Assembly: GCA_014874385.1 (NCBI GenBank)
Contig: JACWAE010000075.1
Coordinates: forward strand, 7,693 to 71,692
From: Dehalococcoidia bacterium
Lineage (GTDB): Bacteria; Chloroflexota; Dehalococcoidia; SZUA-161
Length of the DNA stretch: 64,000 bases
Direction of reading: 5' to 3'
Part shown: positions 29,927-41,559 of the stretch, piece after piece
How positions within the stretch are numbered: the first letter of the stretch is position 1
How the letters are laid out: each line of letters starts with the position of its first letter
The notes under the pieces: generated by a model
Databases searched by the model: none
Told to the model about the DNA's origin: nothing
The model's input: only the letters and a program-made list of their open reading frames with translations
Made by a program: the position numbers and the translations under genes

Positions 29927-31162
29927 TTGAAGGACAAGGTAGTGCTGGCATATAGCGGCGGACTCGATACCTCCGTCGCCATCCGATGGATCGGCGAGAA
30001 ATACCAGATGAAAGTTATCGCCCTAAGCATAGACCTCGGTGCTGAGAAGGACTATGAGGGTATTCGCCAGAAGGCGCTCAAGGTAGGAGCAGCCAAAGCG
30101 CTGGTAGTGGATGCCAAAGAAGCGTTCATCAACGATTTCGTCTTCCCCGCCCTCCAGGCGGATGCCATATATGAGGGGCAATACACCCTTGCTACCGCAC
30201 TGGCGCGCCCTCTCATAACAAAGCTCATGGTACAGACAGCTCTCAGAGAAAAGGCATCTGCGGTAGCTCACGGCTGCACCGGTAAGGGCAACGATCAGGT
30301 CAGGTTCGATGTAACCGTACTTGCCCTGGCCCCACAACTTGACGTAATAGCGCCGGCGCGCGAGTGGGGTTTTACCCGAGAAGAAACTATGGAATATGCT
30401 AAACGCTACGGCATACCTGTGCCGGTCACTGTGAAAAGCCCTTATTCCATAGACGAGAACCTCTGGGGCAAAAGCATCGAGTGCGGCATACTCGAGGACC
30501 CCTGGGCCGAGCCTCCCGAGGAGGTGTTCACCTGGACCAAATCGCCACAGAAGGCTCCCAACAAACCGCAGTATGTCGAGATAGGCTTCAATCAGGGCAT
30601 CCCCATCAGCCTTGGCGGAAAGACAATGGGCGGTGTAGAGCTGGTGGAGAAGCTAAACGCTATCGCCGGAGAGCACGGCGTGGGCAGGATAGACCACCTG
30701 GAAAACCGCCTGGTAGGTATAAAGTCGAGGGAGGTCTACGAGGCTCCGGCAGCTACGGTGCTGCTCGCAGCTCACCTTGCCCTGGAGCAGATGACGCTGG
30801 GCAAAGACCAGCTTCGCTTCAAAGCGCGGGTGGCCCAAGAGTATGCCGACATCGTATACAACGGCCTCTGGTTCTCAGCTATGCACGAAGACCTTACGGC
30901 TTATGTAAAGAGCACACAAATCCATGTCGAAGGAACAATTCGGGTGAAGCTATTCAAGGGCAAGGCGACCGTGGTCGGGCGCAAGTCGCCCAAGTCGCTC
31001 TACAGCTATCACCTTGCCACCTATGACAAAGAGGACAAATTCGACCAGAGCGCCTCGGTGGGCTTCATCCAGATATTCGGCCTGCCGGTGAAAACGCAGG
31101 CGCAGGTACAGAGGAAGCTGGACGAGAGTCTGCGCAAAATCGGGGAGAGCGAATTCGTTTGA
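29927..31162 (+). CDS. argG: Argininosuccinate synthase
   Basis: AYSGGLDTS, HGCTGKGNDQVRF, SIDENLWG; GAGGA SD before TTG. Confidence 0.98.
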   Translation: MKDKVVLAYSGGLDTSVAIRWIGEKYQMKVIALSIDLGAEKDYEGIRQKALKVGAAKALVVDAKEAFINDFVFPALQADAIYEGQYTLATALARPLITKLMVQTALREKASAVAHGCTGKGNDQVRFDVTVLALAPQLDVIAPAREWGFTREETMEYAKRYGIPVPVTVKSPYSIDENLWGKSIECGILEDPWAEPPEEVFTWTKSPQKAPNKPQYVEIGFNQGIPISLGGKTMGGVELVEKLNAIAGEHGVGRIDHLENRLVGIKSREVYEAPAATVLLAAHLALEQMTLGKDQLRFKARVAQEYADIVYNGLWFSAMHEDLTAYVKSTQIHVEGTIRVKLFKGKATVVGRKSPKSLYSYHLATYDKEDKFDQSASVGFIQIFGLPVKTQAQVQRKLDESLRKIGESEFV

Positions 31163-31191
31163 AATCGAGCTAAACTCAGAGGTCTAGATAT

Positions 31192-32568
31192 ATGGATAAA
31201 CCTATGCGCGATCGTTTCAGTAAAGAACCCAATAAGCTGGCGAAGGGCTACACCGTCTCGGTACCCTTCGACAAACGCCTCTATCGCCATGACATCGCTG
31301 GCTCCGTAGCTCATGCCCGCATGCTCTGGAAACAGGGCATCATCCCCGATAAGGATGCCGAGCTAATCATAATGGGGCTCACTTCTATCAGGGAGGAGAT
31401 TGAGAAGGGACAGTTCCAGTTTAATAAGGAGCTTGAAGATATCCACATGAACATCGAGGCCCGCCTCATTGAGAAGATAGGCGATACCGGGGGCATGCTT
31501 CATACCGCCCGTTCCCGAAACGACCAGGTCGCCCTGGACATGAGGCTGTTCACTAAAGAAGCGATAAACGAGACCATTGACGGTCTAAAGGCTTTCCAGA
31601 GTGCGCTCTTAGACCTTGCCGAAGCTAATACGGGCGTGTCCATACCAGGGTATACCCATCTTCAGAGGGCACAGCCGGTTTTATTTGCACATTATCTCCT
31701 CGCCTATTTCGAGATGTTTCAGCGCGACATCGAGCGCCTCCAGCAATGTCTCGAACGCACCGATGTCATGCCTCTGGGCAGCGGCGCTTTAGCAGGTGTG
31801 TCTTATCCCATAGACCGCAGCTCTGTAGCCAGGGAGCTGGGCTTCAGCAAGGTGAGCGCTAACAGCATAGATGCCGTTTCTGATCGCGACTTCGTCATAG
31901 AGTATCAGGCGGCAGCCAGCATAATCATGATGCACCTCTCGCGCCTGGCCGAGGAGATTGTACTCTGGTCTACAGCCGAGTTTGGCTTCATTGAGCTTGA
32001 CGATGCCTTCGCCACAGGCTCAAGCATCATGCCCCAGAAGAAAAACCCGGATGTGGCTGAGCTGGCGCGAGGCAAGGCAGGCAGGGTTTACGGCCATCTC
32101 GTAGCTATCCTTACCACGATGAAAGGCCTGCCCCTGTCCTATAACCGCGATTTGCAGGAGGATAAAGAAGGGCTTTTTGACTCTGTAGATACCGTGCTCT
32201 CCACGCTCGAGGTATTCACCGCCATGATAGCCGGTGTGCACATAAATGCAGAGCGTACCCACAGCGCCGCCGGCGGCAACTACAGCCTCGCTACAGACAT
32301 TGCAGATTACCTGGCCAAGAAAGGCATACCCTTCCGCCAGGCTCATGCCATCGTGGGCAAGCTGGTGCGCTACGCCATCGAAAACAAAAAGTCCTTGTCC
32401 GAACTGGAAATAAAAGAATACAAAACGTTCAGCCCCAAGTTTGAGGCGGATGTAAAGTCCATCACCGTGGAGTCCTCGCTGGTATCGCGCAATGTTCCCG
32501 GGGGGACTGCCCCCGAGCAAGTCCGGATAGCCCTGGCGGCAGCTAGAAGGATGCTCAATGGCAAATAA
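31192..32568 (+). CDS. argH: Argininosuccinate lyase
   Basis: HTARSRNDQ, GYTHLQ, GSSIMPQKKNPD. Confidence 0.98.
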   Translation: MDKPMRDRFSKEPNKLAKGYTVSVPFDKRLYRHDIAGSVAHARMLWKQGIIPDKDAELIIMGLTSIREEIEKGQFQFNKELEDIHMNIEARLIEKIGDTGGMLHTARSRNDQVALDMRLFTKEAINETIDGLKAFQSALLDLAEANTGVSIPGYTHLQRAQPVLFAHYLLAYFEMFQRDIERLQQCLERTDVMPLGSGALAGVSYPIDRSSVARELGFSKVSANSIDAVSDRDFVIEYQAAASIIMMHLSRLAEEIVLWSTAEFGFIELDDAFATGSSIMPQKKNPDVAELARGKAGRVYGHLVAILTTMKGLPLSYNRDLQEDKEGLFDSVDTVLSTLEVFTAMIAGVHINAERTHSAAGGNYSLATDIADYLAKKGIPFRQAHAIVGKLVRYAIENKKSLSELEIKEYKTFSPKFEADVKSITVESSLVSRNVPGGTAPEQVRIALAAARRMLNGK

Positions 32569-33238
32569 AATCAAGCTGGCCCCCTCTATACTGTCAGCCG
32601 ACTTCGGCCGGCTGGGTGAGCAGGTAGTGGAGGCCACCAGGGCAGGCGCCGATTATATACACGTAGATGTCATGGACGGGCACTTCGTGCCCAATATCAC
32701 CATCGGCCCTCTGGTAGTGGCAGCCATCCGCCCTCACACCAATCTCCCTCTTGATGTCCACCTGATGATAGAATCGCCGGAGAAGTATGTCCAGCAGTTC
32801 GCTCAGGCCGGCGCCAATATCATCACGGTTCACGTTGAGGTATGCCCCCACTTGCATAGAGTGGTAGAATCAATAAAAGAGCTGGGGGTCAAGGCAGGGG
32901 TCTCCCTGAATCCGAGCACCCCCTTGACCACAGTGGATGAGGTATTGTCGGCTCTGGACTTGGTGTTGCTGATGTCTGTCAACCCCGGTTTCGGGGGACA
33001 ACAGTTTATCGAGGGCACAGTTGGCAAAATCGCCCGTCTCAGGCGTAGACTCGATGAACTGGGGCTGGCTGCTGAACTGGAGGTAGATGGGGGCATTAAT
33101 GCCGAGATAGCGCCTAGAGTAGCCAGAGCGGGGGCGCGGGTGCTGGTGGCCGGCGCTGCCGTGTTCAACAAAAAGGAAGGCGTCTCACAAGCGTTGGGGA
33201 GGATTAGAAAGAGCCTGCGCAGGCTTAATGATGGATGA
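32558..33238 (+). CDS. rpe: Ribulose-phosphate 3-epimerase
   Basis: APSILSADF, HVDVMDGHFVPN, MSVNPGFGGQ, VDGG. Confidence 0.98.
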   Translation: MANKIKLAPSILSADFGRLGEQVVEATRAGADYIHVDVMDGHFVPNITIGPLVVAAIRPHTNLPLDVHLMIESPEKYVQQFAQAGANIITVHVEVCPHLHRVVESIKELGVKAGVSLNPSTPLTTVDEVLSALDLVLLMSVNPGFGGQQFIEGTVGKIARLRRRLDELGLAAELEVDGGINAEIAPRVARAGARVLVAGAAVFNKKEGVSQALGRIRKSLRRLNDG

Positions 33239-33245
33239 AAGGGAG

Positions 33246-33428
33246 CTAGCCGCTAACCTTTTGCCGGGTGCGCAGACACCTGGTGCAGATGTTAATCCGC
33301 TTCCTTTTGCCGTCTATGACGATGGTGGTTTTGCTGATATTAGGCAACCAGCGCCGCTGGGTATGGCGCTTGGAATGGGATATATTATCTCCAACCTGTG
33401 GTTCCTTTCCACACAACTCGCACTTCAA
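33246..33428 (-). CDS. rpmB: 50S ribosomal protein L28
   Basis: CELCGK..GDNISHS..T.RRWLPN..CTRCLR; AGGAG SD. Confidence 0.96.
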   Translation of the reverse strand: MKCELCGKEPQVGDNISHSKRHTQRRWLPNISKTTIVIDGKRKRINICTRCLRTRQKVSG

Positions 33429-33511
33429 CGCCTTCTCCTTTGACTAAGACTCCATTTTCTTGTAGAATTCACTGTAAAATATAACACAATCAAGCCGAGA
33501 TAGCAAGTAAA

Positions 33512-35167
33512 ATGAAGAGAGGCCAAGAAATCAAGAAGAGTATTGTTGTGAATAAAAAAACTCGTTGCAATGGACATGACTTGAACGGCATGTTCAACGC
33601 TGCTACCCGCCTACTGGAACGCAACGCCCAGTCGATCAACGCACTCAACGTTTTCCCCGTGCCGGATGGCGATACAGGCATCAACATGCTCTTAACTATG
33701 CGGGCAGCGATAGATGAGGCCAGCCGCAACGATAATGGGAGCGCAACAGTGGTCGCTCAGGCGATAGCCAGGGGCTCCCTCATGGGAGCTCGCGGGAACA
33801 GCGGCGTGATATTATCCCAGATATTTCGGGGGTTGGCACACGGGCTGGATGGTAAGCGCACCTTCACCGCCCCTGATTTTGCTAATGCCCTTGCTCAGTC
33901 AGCCGACTTCGCATATAAAGGGGTAACCAAGCCCGTGGAAGGAACCATCCTCACCGTCATACGCGAAGCTGCGGCTGCGGCTCAGGCCAAAAGCTCCTCC
34001 AATAACACGGACATGCTGTCAGTAATGGAGACAGTAGTCGAAGAGGCCAAAGCCTCCGTGGCGAGGACACCCACTCTGCTGCCCGTGTTGCGCCAGGCCG
34101 GGGTGGTGGATGCCGGAGGACAAGGGCTCTATGTCGTATTTGAAGGCGCTCTTCGCTATCTGCGGGGCGAAACGGAGGAAGCCGAGCCTGTAGAGACAGC
34201 ACCGCCAGAGGCAACCCCGATTATCACTGCCCCAAAGCCCCCCGAAAACGTCCAATACGGATACTGCACCGAGTTTCTGCTTCATGGCAAAGGCCTCGAT
34301 CCGGAAGGCATAAGAGAGAAGCTAACCACCCTCGGCGAATCCGTTCTGGTAGTCGGCGATGAAGCTATGATAAGAGTACATCTCCACACCTTTGACCCCG
34401 GGACTGCCTTGAGCTACGCTTCCGCTTTGGGCACCCTGCAGCAGGTGAAAGTGGAGAATATGGACGATCAGCATCAGGATTTCCTCGCCGCCAAGCTGCA
34501 ACAGCCGATAGGCAATGTCTCTACCATTGCTGTAGCCTCGGGAGAGGGACTCATCCAGGTATTCTACAGCGTCGGAGCAACGATAGTCGTTTCCGGCGGT
34601 CAGACCATGAACCCCAGCGTCCAGGAGCTTCTCCAGGCCGTGGAATCAGTTTACTCAGACAGAGTTATCATCCTGCCCAACAACGCTAATATCGTGATGG
34701 CAGCCCGTCAGGTTCCGGAGTTGACCAAAAAGCAGGTCGAGGTTGTGCACACAGAGACCATACCTCAGGGAATAGCCGCGCTCCTGGTCTTCAATTACGA
34801 AGCTGACCTTGAGACAAACGTTGCTGCCATGAAGACAGCTATATCAACAGTTCACAGCGGCGAGGTCACCACCGCAGTGAGATCGATGAGCCTCGACGGC
34901 ATGACAGTGAAAGAAGGGCAGGCCATCGCCTTTCTCGACGGCGAACTGGTGGTCGCAGATGATAGCATGCCGCAGGTCGTCCACAAGCTTTTGGACAGGG
35001 TGGATGTTGAGAAAGCAGGATTGGTCACTATCTACTATGGGGCCGATACCGAGCAAGCCGAGGCTGAGCGCATAGGGGAGTCAGTCCGGGAGAAATACCC
35101 CGCTCTGGAAGTAGAAGTGGTTGCCGGTGAGCAGCCATACTATAATTACATCATCTCTGTTGAGTAA
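33512..35167 (+). CDS. fakA: DAK2-domain fatty acid kinase catalytic subunit (FakA/YloV)
   Basis: NALNVFPVPDGDTG, GARGNSG, YGYCTEF, GGQTMNPS; lies between rpmB and recG. Confidence 0.9.
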   Translation: MKRGQEIKKSIVVNKKTRCNGHDLNGMFNAATRLLERNAQSINALNVFPVPDGDTGINMLLTMRAAIDEASRNDNGSATVVAQAIARGSLMGARGNSGVILSQIFRGLAHGLDGKRTFTAPDFANALAQSADFAYKGVTKPVEGTILTVIREAAAAAQAKSSSNNTDMLSVMETVVEEAKASVARTPTLLPVLRQAGVVDAGGQGLYVVFEGALRYLRGETEEAEPVETAPPEATPIITAPKPPENVQYGYCTEFLLHGKGLDPEGIREKLTTLGESVLVVGDEAMIRVHLHTFDPGTALSYASALGTLQQVKVENMDDQHQDFLAAKLQQPIGNVSTIAVASGEGLIQVFYSVGATIVVSGGQTMNPSVQELLQAVESVYSDRVIILPNNANIVMAARQVPELTKKQVEVVHTETIPQGIAALLVFNYEADLETNVAAMKTAISTVHSGEVTTAVRSMSLDGMTVKEGQAIAFLDGELVVADDSMPQVVHKLLDRVDVEKAGLVTIYYGADTEQAEAERIGESVREKYPALEVEVVAGEQPYYNYIISVE

Positions 35168-35243
35168 ACGAGTCCCAAGGCCTCCAATATATTGGCCAGG
35201 AATGCACCCGTATCCCCAATCTACTAGCAAGGGAAAAATTGCT

Positions 35244-37652
35244 TTGAATCAGACTATTGAAAGCTTGCGCAAAGTCCTGAAGCTGGAACAGGCCAAAGGA
35301 TACAGCGATAAAGCCGTTATGGGAGGGCTGGACAGATTCCTGCGTAACCTGTCCCCGCCCGATGAGAGGCTCTCTCGACTGCTCTCGCTCAATTACTCGG
35401 CCCTGGACACTGGGGCACGAGAAAGATGGATTAAGAATATACTCGGTCAGCTTGACTCAGGAGAACTGAGAGTGCAGCCCCCGCCTGAAATCATCGCCCC
35501 TGAACAGAAACACCTGGCTACACATGCCAGACATGGCAGCAAGCAATCCCTGGACGCCCCAATCACCTCAATTAAAGGCATAAACTTAAGTCTCGCCAGT
35601 AAATTTGACAAGCTGGGGGTGAAGACGGTTCGCCAGCTTCTCTACTTCTTCCCCCGCCGCCACATAGACTACAGCCAAAGAAAGCTCATCTCGGAGCTGG
35701 AGGTAGGCGCAGAGCAGACTATCGTGGCCACCATCTGGGAAGCCGCCCAGAAGGGCAAAGGATACAGGATGCGCAACACGGAGGCCGTAGTCGGCGACGA
35801 GTCAGGCAACATAAGGGTTATCTGGTTCAACCAGCCCTATCTGGCCAAGAAGCTCACCACCAACAGCCGGATTGTGCTCAGCGGCAGGGTAGCAGAATTC
35901 CGGGGCAGAAAGGTTTTCCAATCACCAGAGTGGGAGCTTCTGGAGTCCGACGACCTGATTCATACCGGCAGGCTGGTTCCTGTCTATCCGCTTACCGCAG
36001 GGCTCTATCCCCGGACAGTGCGCAGGTTAGTCAAAGGGACATTGGACCGCTGGCTGCCTGAACTGACCGATTTTCTTCCTGAAAATGTGAAAAGAAGTGC
36101 GGCATTGCTGCCGCTTCCCGAAGCTATTCGGCAAGCTCACTACCCGGATAATGAACTCAGCAAAGACCAAGCCAGGAAGCGCTTGGCTTTCGACGAACTC
36201 TTCCTCATCCAGCTTGGAGTGCTGGCCAAGAAACGGGACTGGCAGGAAGACGGTATAGGAAATGCCTTCAATGTAGACAGCAGCCATCTTGAGCCGTTTT
36301 TCAATTCCCTGCCTTTCAAATTGACCTCTGCCCAGATACGCATCCTGGCCGAGATTCAGAGCGACCTGAGCAAAGCGAAGCCGATGAGCCGGCTCCTGCA
36401 GGGTGAGGTCGGCAGCGGCAAAACAGTGGTGGCTACAGCCGCGCTGCTGCTGGCTACCGCCAACGGCTATCAGGCTGCACTCATGGCGCCGACAGAGATT
36501 CTGGCCGAGCAGCACTTCTATACTATTTGTGGCTTGTTGAGTAGAGCAGGCGGTGAATCCAGCGATGACAGGCCTGTTCGCACATTCTCCTCAATGCTTC
36601 CTCACCCCATCAGCGTGGGACTCATAATAGGAGGCCTCAAAGAGAGCTCAAAGCAGGAGCTTCAGGAGCGTGTCTCAGCAGGGGAGATAAACATCGTTAT
36701 CGGCACTCACGCCCTTATTCAGAAAGGGGTTGATTTCCAGAATCTGGGGTTTTGCGTGGTCGACGAGCAGCACCGCTTCGGAGTTATGCAGCGTGCTGCG
36801 CTGCGCTCCAAAGGCTCCTGTCCTCATGTCCTGGTGATGAGCGCCACTCCCATCCCGCGTACCCTGGCGCTCACCTTATACGGCGACCTCGACCTCTCAA
36901 TGCTGGACGAGCTGCCACCGGGCAGAATTGAGATAAAAACCAGGTTCCTCAGCCCGGAGCAACGGCAGAAAGCTTACGATTTCGTCCGCAAACAGGTTGC
37001 TGAGGGACGCCAGGCCTTCATTATCTGCCCCTTAATCGAGGAGTCCGAGGCAATCGTGACCAAGGCAGCCATCACGGAACATGAGCACCTCTCCAGAAGC
37101 GTATTCCCTGACCTGCGACTGGGATTGCTCCACGGTCGCCTCAACAGCGCAGAGAAAGATGAGGTAATGCAGCGCTTCCGCAACGGCGACATAGACATAC
37201 TGGTATCGACGCCAGTGGTAGAGGTAGGCGTAGATGTCCCTAACGCCACGGTGATGCTGATAGAAGGCGCTGACCGCTTCGGCCTGGCGCAGTTGCACCA
37301 GTTTCGCGGCCGCGTGGGCCGGGGGCAACACCAGAGTTACTGCCTGCTCCTTGCTGAGACGCCCTCGGCGGAAGCTAAAGAGCGGCTATCGTTACTCGAA
37401 CGTATACGCAATGGATTTACCCTTGCCGAAGAGGACTTGAGGCTCAGGGGGCCGGGAGAGTTCTTCGGCACCCGCCAGAGCGGGCTCCCTGACCTGAAGA
37501 TGGCAAAGCTCTCCGATGTCGAACTTTTGGAGCTTGCCCGCAGTGAAGCAATTCATCTTTTCGAGGCTGACCCCTACCTCAAGCAGCCGGAGCACAGACT
37601 CCTTGCCAGGGAGGTCAGCCGCCTATGGTATACTGAAGGGGAGTTAAGCTAG
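35244..37652 (+). CDS. recG: ATP-dependent DNA helicase RecG
   Basis: [35 protein letters not shown]; start placed at TTG 35244. Confidence 0.97.
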   Translation: MNQTIESLRKVLKLEQAKGYSDKAVMGGLDRFLRNLSPPDERLSRLLSLNYSALDTGARERWIKNILGQLDSGELRVQPPPEIIAPEQKHLATHARHGSKQSLDAPITSIKGINLSLASKFDKLGVKTVRQLLYFFPRRHIDYSQRKLISELEVGAEQTIVATIWEAAQKGKGYRMRNTEAVVGDESGNIRVIWFNQPYLAKKLTTNSRIVLSGRVAEFRGRKVFQSPEWELLESDDLIHTGRLVPVYPLTAGLYPRTVRRLVKGTLDRWLPELTDFLPENVKRSAALLPLPEAIRQAHYPDNELSKDQARKRLAFDELFLIQLGVLAKKRDWQEDGIGNAFNVDSSHLEPFFNSLPFKLTSAQIRILAEIQSDLSKAKPMSRLLQGEVGSGKTVVATAALLLATANGYQAALMAPTEILAEQHFYTICGLLSRAGGESSDDRPVRTFSSMLPHPISVGLIIGGLKESSKQELQERVSAGEINIVIGTHALIQKGVDFQNLGFCVVDEQHRFGVMQRAALRSKGSCPHVLVMSATPIPRTLALTLYGDLDLSMLDELPPGRIEIKTRFLSPEQRQKAYDFVRKQVAEGRQAFIICPLIEESEAIVTKAAITEHEHLSRSVFPDLRLGLLHGRLNSAEKDEVMQRFRNGDIDILVSTPVVEVGVDVPNATVMLIEGADRFGLAQLHQFRGRVGRGQHQSYCLLLAETPSAEAKERLSLLERIRNGFTLAEEDLRLRGPGEFFGTRQSGLPDLKMAKLSDVELLELARSEAIHLFEADPYLKQPEHRLLAREVSRLWYTEGELS

Positions 37653-37654
37653 CT

Positions 37655-39313
37655 ATGCTTAAATATAAAATCGCTCGACTTCTGGAACAAGCAGCCAAAG
37701 CAGCCCAGGTGGAGGGACTGCTTCCTGCGATAGCCTTACCTGAGGTCATCGTAGAGCGCCCTCAGAACCCGGAACACGGTGACTATGCCTCCAGCCTCCC
37801 CTTGAAGCTAGCGAAAGCAGCGCGGATGGACCCGCTGGCTATCGCCAAAACCCTGGCAGACCTGATGACCGAGACCAGGGAAGTGGAAAAGGTCTCGGTA
37901 GCAGCGCCGGGCTTTCTAAACTTCTTCCTCACAGATAAATGGCTTGCTGAGCAGGTCGAGGAGATTTTGAGTGCAGGAAAGAGCTACGGAAACCTCGCTA
38001 TAGGCAAAGGCACCAGGGTCCAGATTGAATTCGTCAGTGTCAATCCCACAGGGCCCATTCACGTCGGGCACGGGCGAGGCGCTGTACTTGGCAGCACCCT
38101 GGCTAATGTACTCAGCGCCGCTGGCTATGCTGTGGAGAGAGAATATTATGTAAATGATGCCGGTAACCAGATGGATGCCTTCTTTCGCTCCCTCTATTGT
38201 CGTTACCTGCAAGCCCTGGGCAGAGAGTGCGAGATGCCCGCCGACGGCTACCAGGGCTACTACCCGGTAGAGTTGGCTAAAAAGATAGGCGACGAGAAGG
38301 GGAAGGCTTTCCTCGATATGCCCGCTGAGCAGGCAGTTCAGGAGATCGGTAAAATTGCGCTGCCCCGGGTCATAGCCGACATTAAGTCTGATTTAAAACT
38401 TCTGGGCGTGGAGTTCGATGTCTGGTTCAGCGAGCGCACACTCTTCGAGAAGGGCCAGTACGAACGGGCCATGGCTTTGTTGAGGAAGGGTGGCTATATC
38501 GAAGAAAGAGAAGGCGCGCAATGGTTCGTCTCCACTGCTCTGGGTGAGGACAAGGACAACGTCCTGGTGCGCACCAATGGCGCTCCGACCTACTTTGCCT
38601 CGGATGTTGCCTACCATTACAACAAGTTTCTGGAGCGCGGGTTCAACCAGGTGATCAACATCTGGGGGGCCGACCACCAGGGGCACGTTTCACGGATGAA
38701 AGCTGTAGTGGGTGCGTTGGGCATAAAGCCAGAGAGGCTGAAAATAATAATCTCGCAGATGGTTACGCTGCGCCGCGGTGAAACGCTGATCAGGGTATCT
38801 AAGCGTACCGGCGAATTGATTACCCTGCGCGAGCTGGTGGAGGAGGTAGGAGCTGACGCCTGCCGTTTCTTCTTCCTCTCTCGTTCCGCAGACAGCCAGA
38901 TGGATTTCGACCTGGAGCTGGCGAAGAAGGAATCGGTTGACAATCCTGTTTACTATGTCCAATACGCCCACGCCCGCATCTGCAGCATTCTGCGCCTTGC
39001 CCAGGAACAGAAAATAGACTGCTCCAAAGGCGATGTGGGGTTACTGACTCATAAGGCTGAACTCGACCTGATACGCCAGATGATGTCGCTACCGGAGATA
39101 ATAGAGCTTACAGCACAAAAGCTTGAGCCCCACCACCTGCCATACTTCGCCCAGGACCTGGCGACCTTGTTCCACACCTTCTACAAGCAGTGCCGTGTCG
39201 TCTCAAAAGATGGAGCTTTGACAGGTGCACGACTCAAGCTGGTCAAAGCGGCGCAAATCATCCTCGCTAAGACACTGGGCCTCATGGGGATGACCGCGCC
39301 GGAGCGCATGTGA
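37655..39313 (+). CDS. argS: Arginine--tRNA ligase
   Basis: [33 protein letters not shown] end. Confidence 0.98.
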   Translation: MLKYKIARLLEQAAKAAQVEGLLPAIALPEVIVERPQNPEHGDYASSLPLKLAKAARMDPLAIAKTLADLMTETREVEKVSVAAPGFLNFFLTDKWLAEQVEEILSAGKSYGNLAIGKGTRVQIEFVSVNPTGPIHVGHGRGAVLGSTLANVLSAAGYAVEREYYVNDAGNQMDAFFRSLYCRYLQALGRECEMPADGYQGYYPVELAKKIGDEKGKAFLDMPAEQAVQEIGKIALPRVIADIKSDLKLLGVEFDVWFSERTLFEKGQYERAMALLRKGGYIEEREGAQWFVSTALGEDKDNVLVRTNGAPTYFASDVAYHYNKFLERGFNQVINIWGADHQGHVSRMKAVVGALGIKPERLKIIISQMVTLRRGETLIRVSKRTGELITLRELVEEVGADACRFFFLSRSADSQMDFDLELAKKESVDNPVYYVQYAHARICSILRLAQEQKIDCSKGDVGLLTHKAELDLIRQMMSLPEIIELTAQKLEPHHLPYFAQDLATLFHTFYKQCRVVSKDGALTGARLKLVKAAQIILAKTLGLMGMTAPERM

Positions 39314-39317
39314 GCCG

Positions 39318-39824
39318 CTAAAGCTTCTCGTCCTTGTACTGCTTCGCTAGCGGTGGATAAAAAGCATGATGCCCGTCCGTCCACCCTCTCTGCTTCTCAG
39401 TAACCTGCCCTTTGACTCTTGCCGGTACACCCACAACAAAAGAGTTGGAAGGTATTTTCATGCCCTCGATAACCACCGAGCCCGCAGCGATAACGCAGTT
39501 ATCGCCGATCTCTGAGTTGTGCAGGGTAGTGGCGTTCATGCCGATTAGCACATTGTTCCCTATCCTGGTGCTGTGCACTACAGAACCATGCCCCAGTATT
39601 ACATTATTGCCAATCTCCATATTGTTCCCGGCATGCAGCGTGCAGTTATCCTCGATATCTACATAGCGCCCTATCTTTATCCTGGCAAAATCCGCCCTGA
39701 CCACTGCACCGGGCCAGACATTGGAGTAATCGCCAATCTCGACATCCCCTACAATATAGGCTGCCTCGCTGATAAAAGCTGACTCAGCTATCTTGGGTGC
39801 TTTTCCGTTGAAACTCCTGATCAC
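39318..39824 (-). CDS. Gamma carbonic anhydrase-like hexapeptide-repeat protein
   Basis: Hexapeptide repeats with three His (TLH, GH, VVH); AGGAGG SD before GTG 39824. Confidence 0.9.
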   Translation of the reverse strand: MIRSFNGKAPKIAESAFISEAAYIVGDVEIGDYSNVWPGAVVRADFARIKIGRYVDIEDNCTLHAGNNMEIGNNVILGHGSVVHSTRIGNNVLIGMNATTLHNSEIGDNCVIAAGSVVIEGMKIPSNSFVVGVPARVKGQVTEKQRGWTDGHHAFYPPLAKQYKDEKL

Positions 39825-40018
39825 CTGAAACCTCCTAGTCTCCGGGAAAGAATGTGCGGGTATTATAGCTTCTTTCCCCAAGCGCTGCAAAGGTGATTCC
39901 TCGATTCATCTCCCTCAACGGGAGAGGTAGGGAGGTGACAAGAGTGATTAGCACTCTTTCTTGACAGATGAGCACTCGAGTAGTATAAGCAGTCAGATAA
40001 TCAAAACAGGAGAGCATT

Positions 40019-41353
40019 ATGACCGAGCCTGCCAGCAACTCGCCCATCTACCAGCGCCCCGTCGAACTATTGCAAAACCTCATCCGCTTCGACACCACCA
40101 ACCCGCCGGGCAACGAAGCCGAGTGTGTTGCTTATATCGACAGCTTGCTGAAAGAGGCAGGTATTGAATCTACCCTGCTGGCCAAAGACCCCAACCGTAC
40201 CAACCTCATCGCCCGACTGAAGGGTCAGGGCAATTCCCCTCCGTTCCTGCTCTATGGACACGTAGACGTGGTCACTACCCTTGGACAGGTCTGGACACAT
40301 CCTCCTTTCGAAGGAAAAGTTGTAGACGGCTATGTCTGGGGGCGGGGCGCGCTGGATATGAAAGGTGGCGTCGCCATGATGCTGGCTGCTTTCCTCCGAG
40401 CAAAGGCCGAGGGCTTGTCACTATCGGGCGACGTTGTGCTGGCTATCCTGTCAGACGAGGAGGGAGGCGGTGATTACGGGGCCAAGTACCTGGCGGAGAA
40501 CCACCCGGAGCAGTTTAAAGGTATCCGCTACGCCCTGGGAGAGTTCGGTGGCGCTACAATTCACATCTGCAAGAGAAAGCTCTATCCGATCATGGTTGCA
40601 GAAAAACAGATCTGCTGGATGAAGGCATACGTGCGCGGGCCCGGCGGTCATGGTTCGGTACCCATGAGGGGCGGCGCTATGGCGAAACTGGCCCGTCTGC
40701 TTCAGCAGTTGGAGCAGCGACGCCTGCCGGTGCATATCACACCAGCAGCACGTCGCATGGTTGAGGGCATAGCCTCTGCCTTTTCATTTCCCGGGAACCT
40801 GCTTCTGCGCCAGCTCCTCAATCCCAGGCTCACCTCCCTGACGCTGAGACTTCTCGGCACCAGAGGGCAAGGCCTGGAACCATTGTTGCGTAACACTGTC
40901 AACGCAACCATTGTCCGCGGCGGCGAGAAAATCAATGTGATCCCCAGCGAAATCGCCCTGGAACTGGACGGCCGTCTGCTCCCCGGCTACAGCCCTGACG
41001 ATATGATGGCTGAGCTGCATCGTATAGTTGGTAATGAGGTAGAGTTCGAAGTAGCACGGCACGATCCCGGCCCCGCTGAGCCGGACATGGGATTTTTTGA
41101 CACCCTGGCAGGTATTCTACGCGAGGCAGACCCGGGCGCTATGCCCGTTCCTATGTTCATGCCCGGAGTTACAGATGGCCGCCATTTTTCTCTGCTGGGC
41201 ATTCAGACTTATGGCTTCACTCCGATGAACCTGCCGCCGGGTTTGGAATTGCTGCAAAGGGTGCACGCCGCCGATGAATGCATCCCTCTCGAATGTGTGG
41301 ACTTCGGCACCAGCGCCATCTACAAAGCCCTGCAACTTTATGGGAAAACGTAA
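40019..41353 (+). CDS. M20/M25/M40 family metallopeptidase
   Basis: GHVDVV, GRGALDMKG, DEE, GE, HAADE. Confidence 0.92.
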   Translation: MTEPASNSPIYQRPVELLQNLIRFDTTNPPGNEAECVAYIDSLLKEAGIESTLLAKDPNRTNLIARLKGQGNSPPFLLYGHVDVVTTLGQVWTHPPFEGKVVDGYVWGRGALDMKGGVAMMLAAFLRAKAEGLSLSGDVVLAILSDEEGGGDYGAKYLAENHPEQFKGIRYALGEFGGATIHICKRKLYPIMVAEKQICWMKAYVRGPGGHGSVPMRGGAMAKLARLLQQLEQRRLPVHITPAARRMVEGIASAFSFPGNLLLRQLLNPRLTSLTLRLLGTRGQGLEPLLRNTVNATIVRGGEKINVIPSEIALELDGRLLPGYSPDDMMAELHRIVGNEVEFEVARHDPGPAEPDMGFFDTLAGILREADPGAMPVPMFMPGVTDGRHFSLLGIQTYGFTPMNLPPGLELLQRVHAADECIPLECVDFGTSAIYKALQLYGKT

Positions 41354-41559
41354 AGGCGGGTTTGAAACCAGCTTAACTCAACAATGACGTCTCTCTATGA
41401 GTTGCGAACAAACCTCGCGCTGGCTATCAGCAGCAGATGCCTTGTAATTAAACGCAGGGGCACAGCGCGAAGAAGGGCTTTGATAACGACTCACATAAAA
41501 GGTTATAATAATCACTGTTGTCTGGCAAGCTAATCATATAGAAGAAAACGGGAGTCCGA

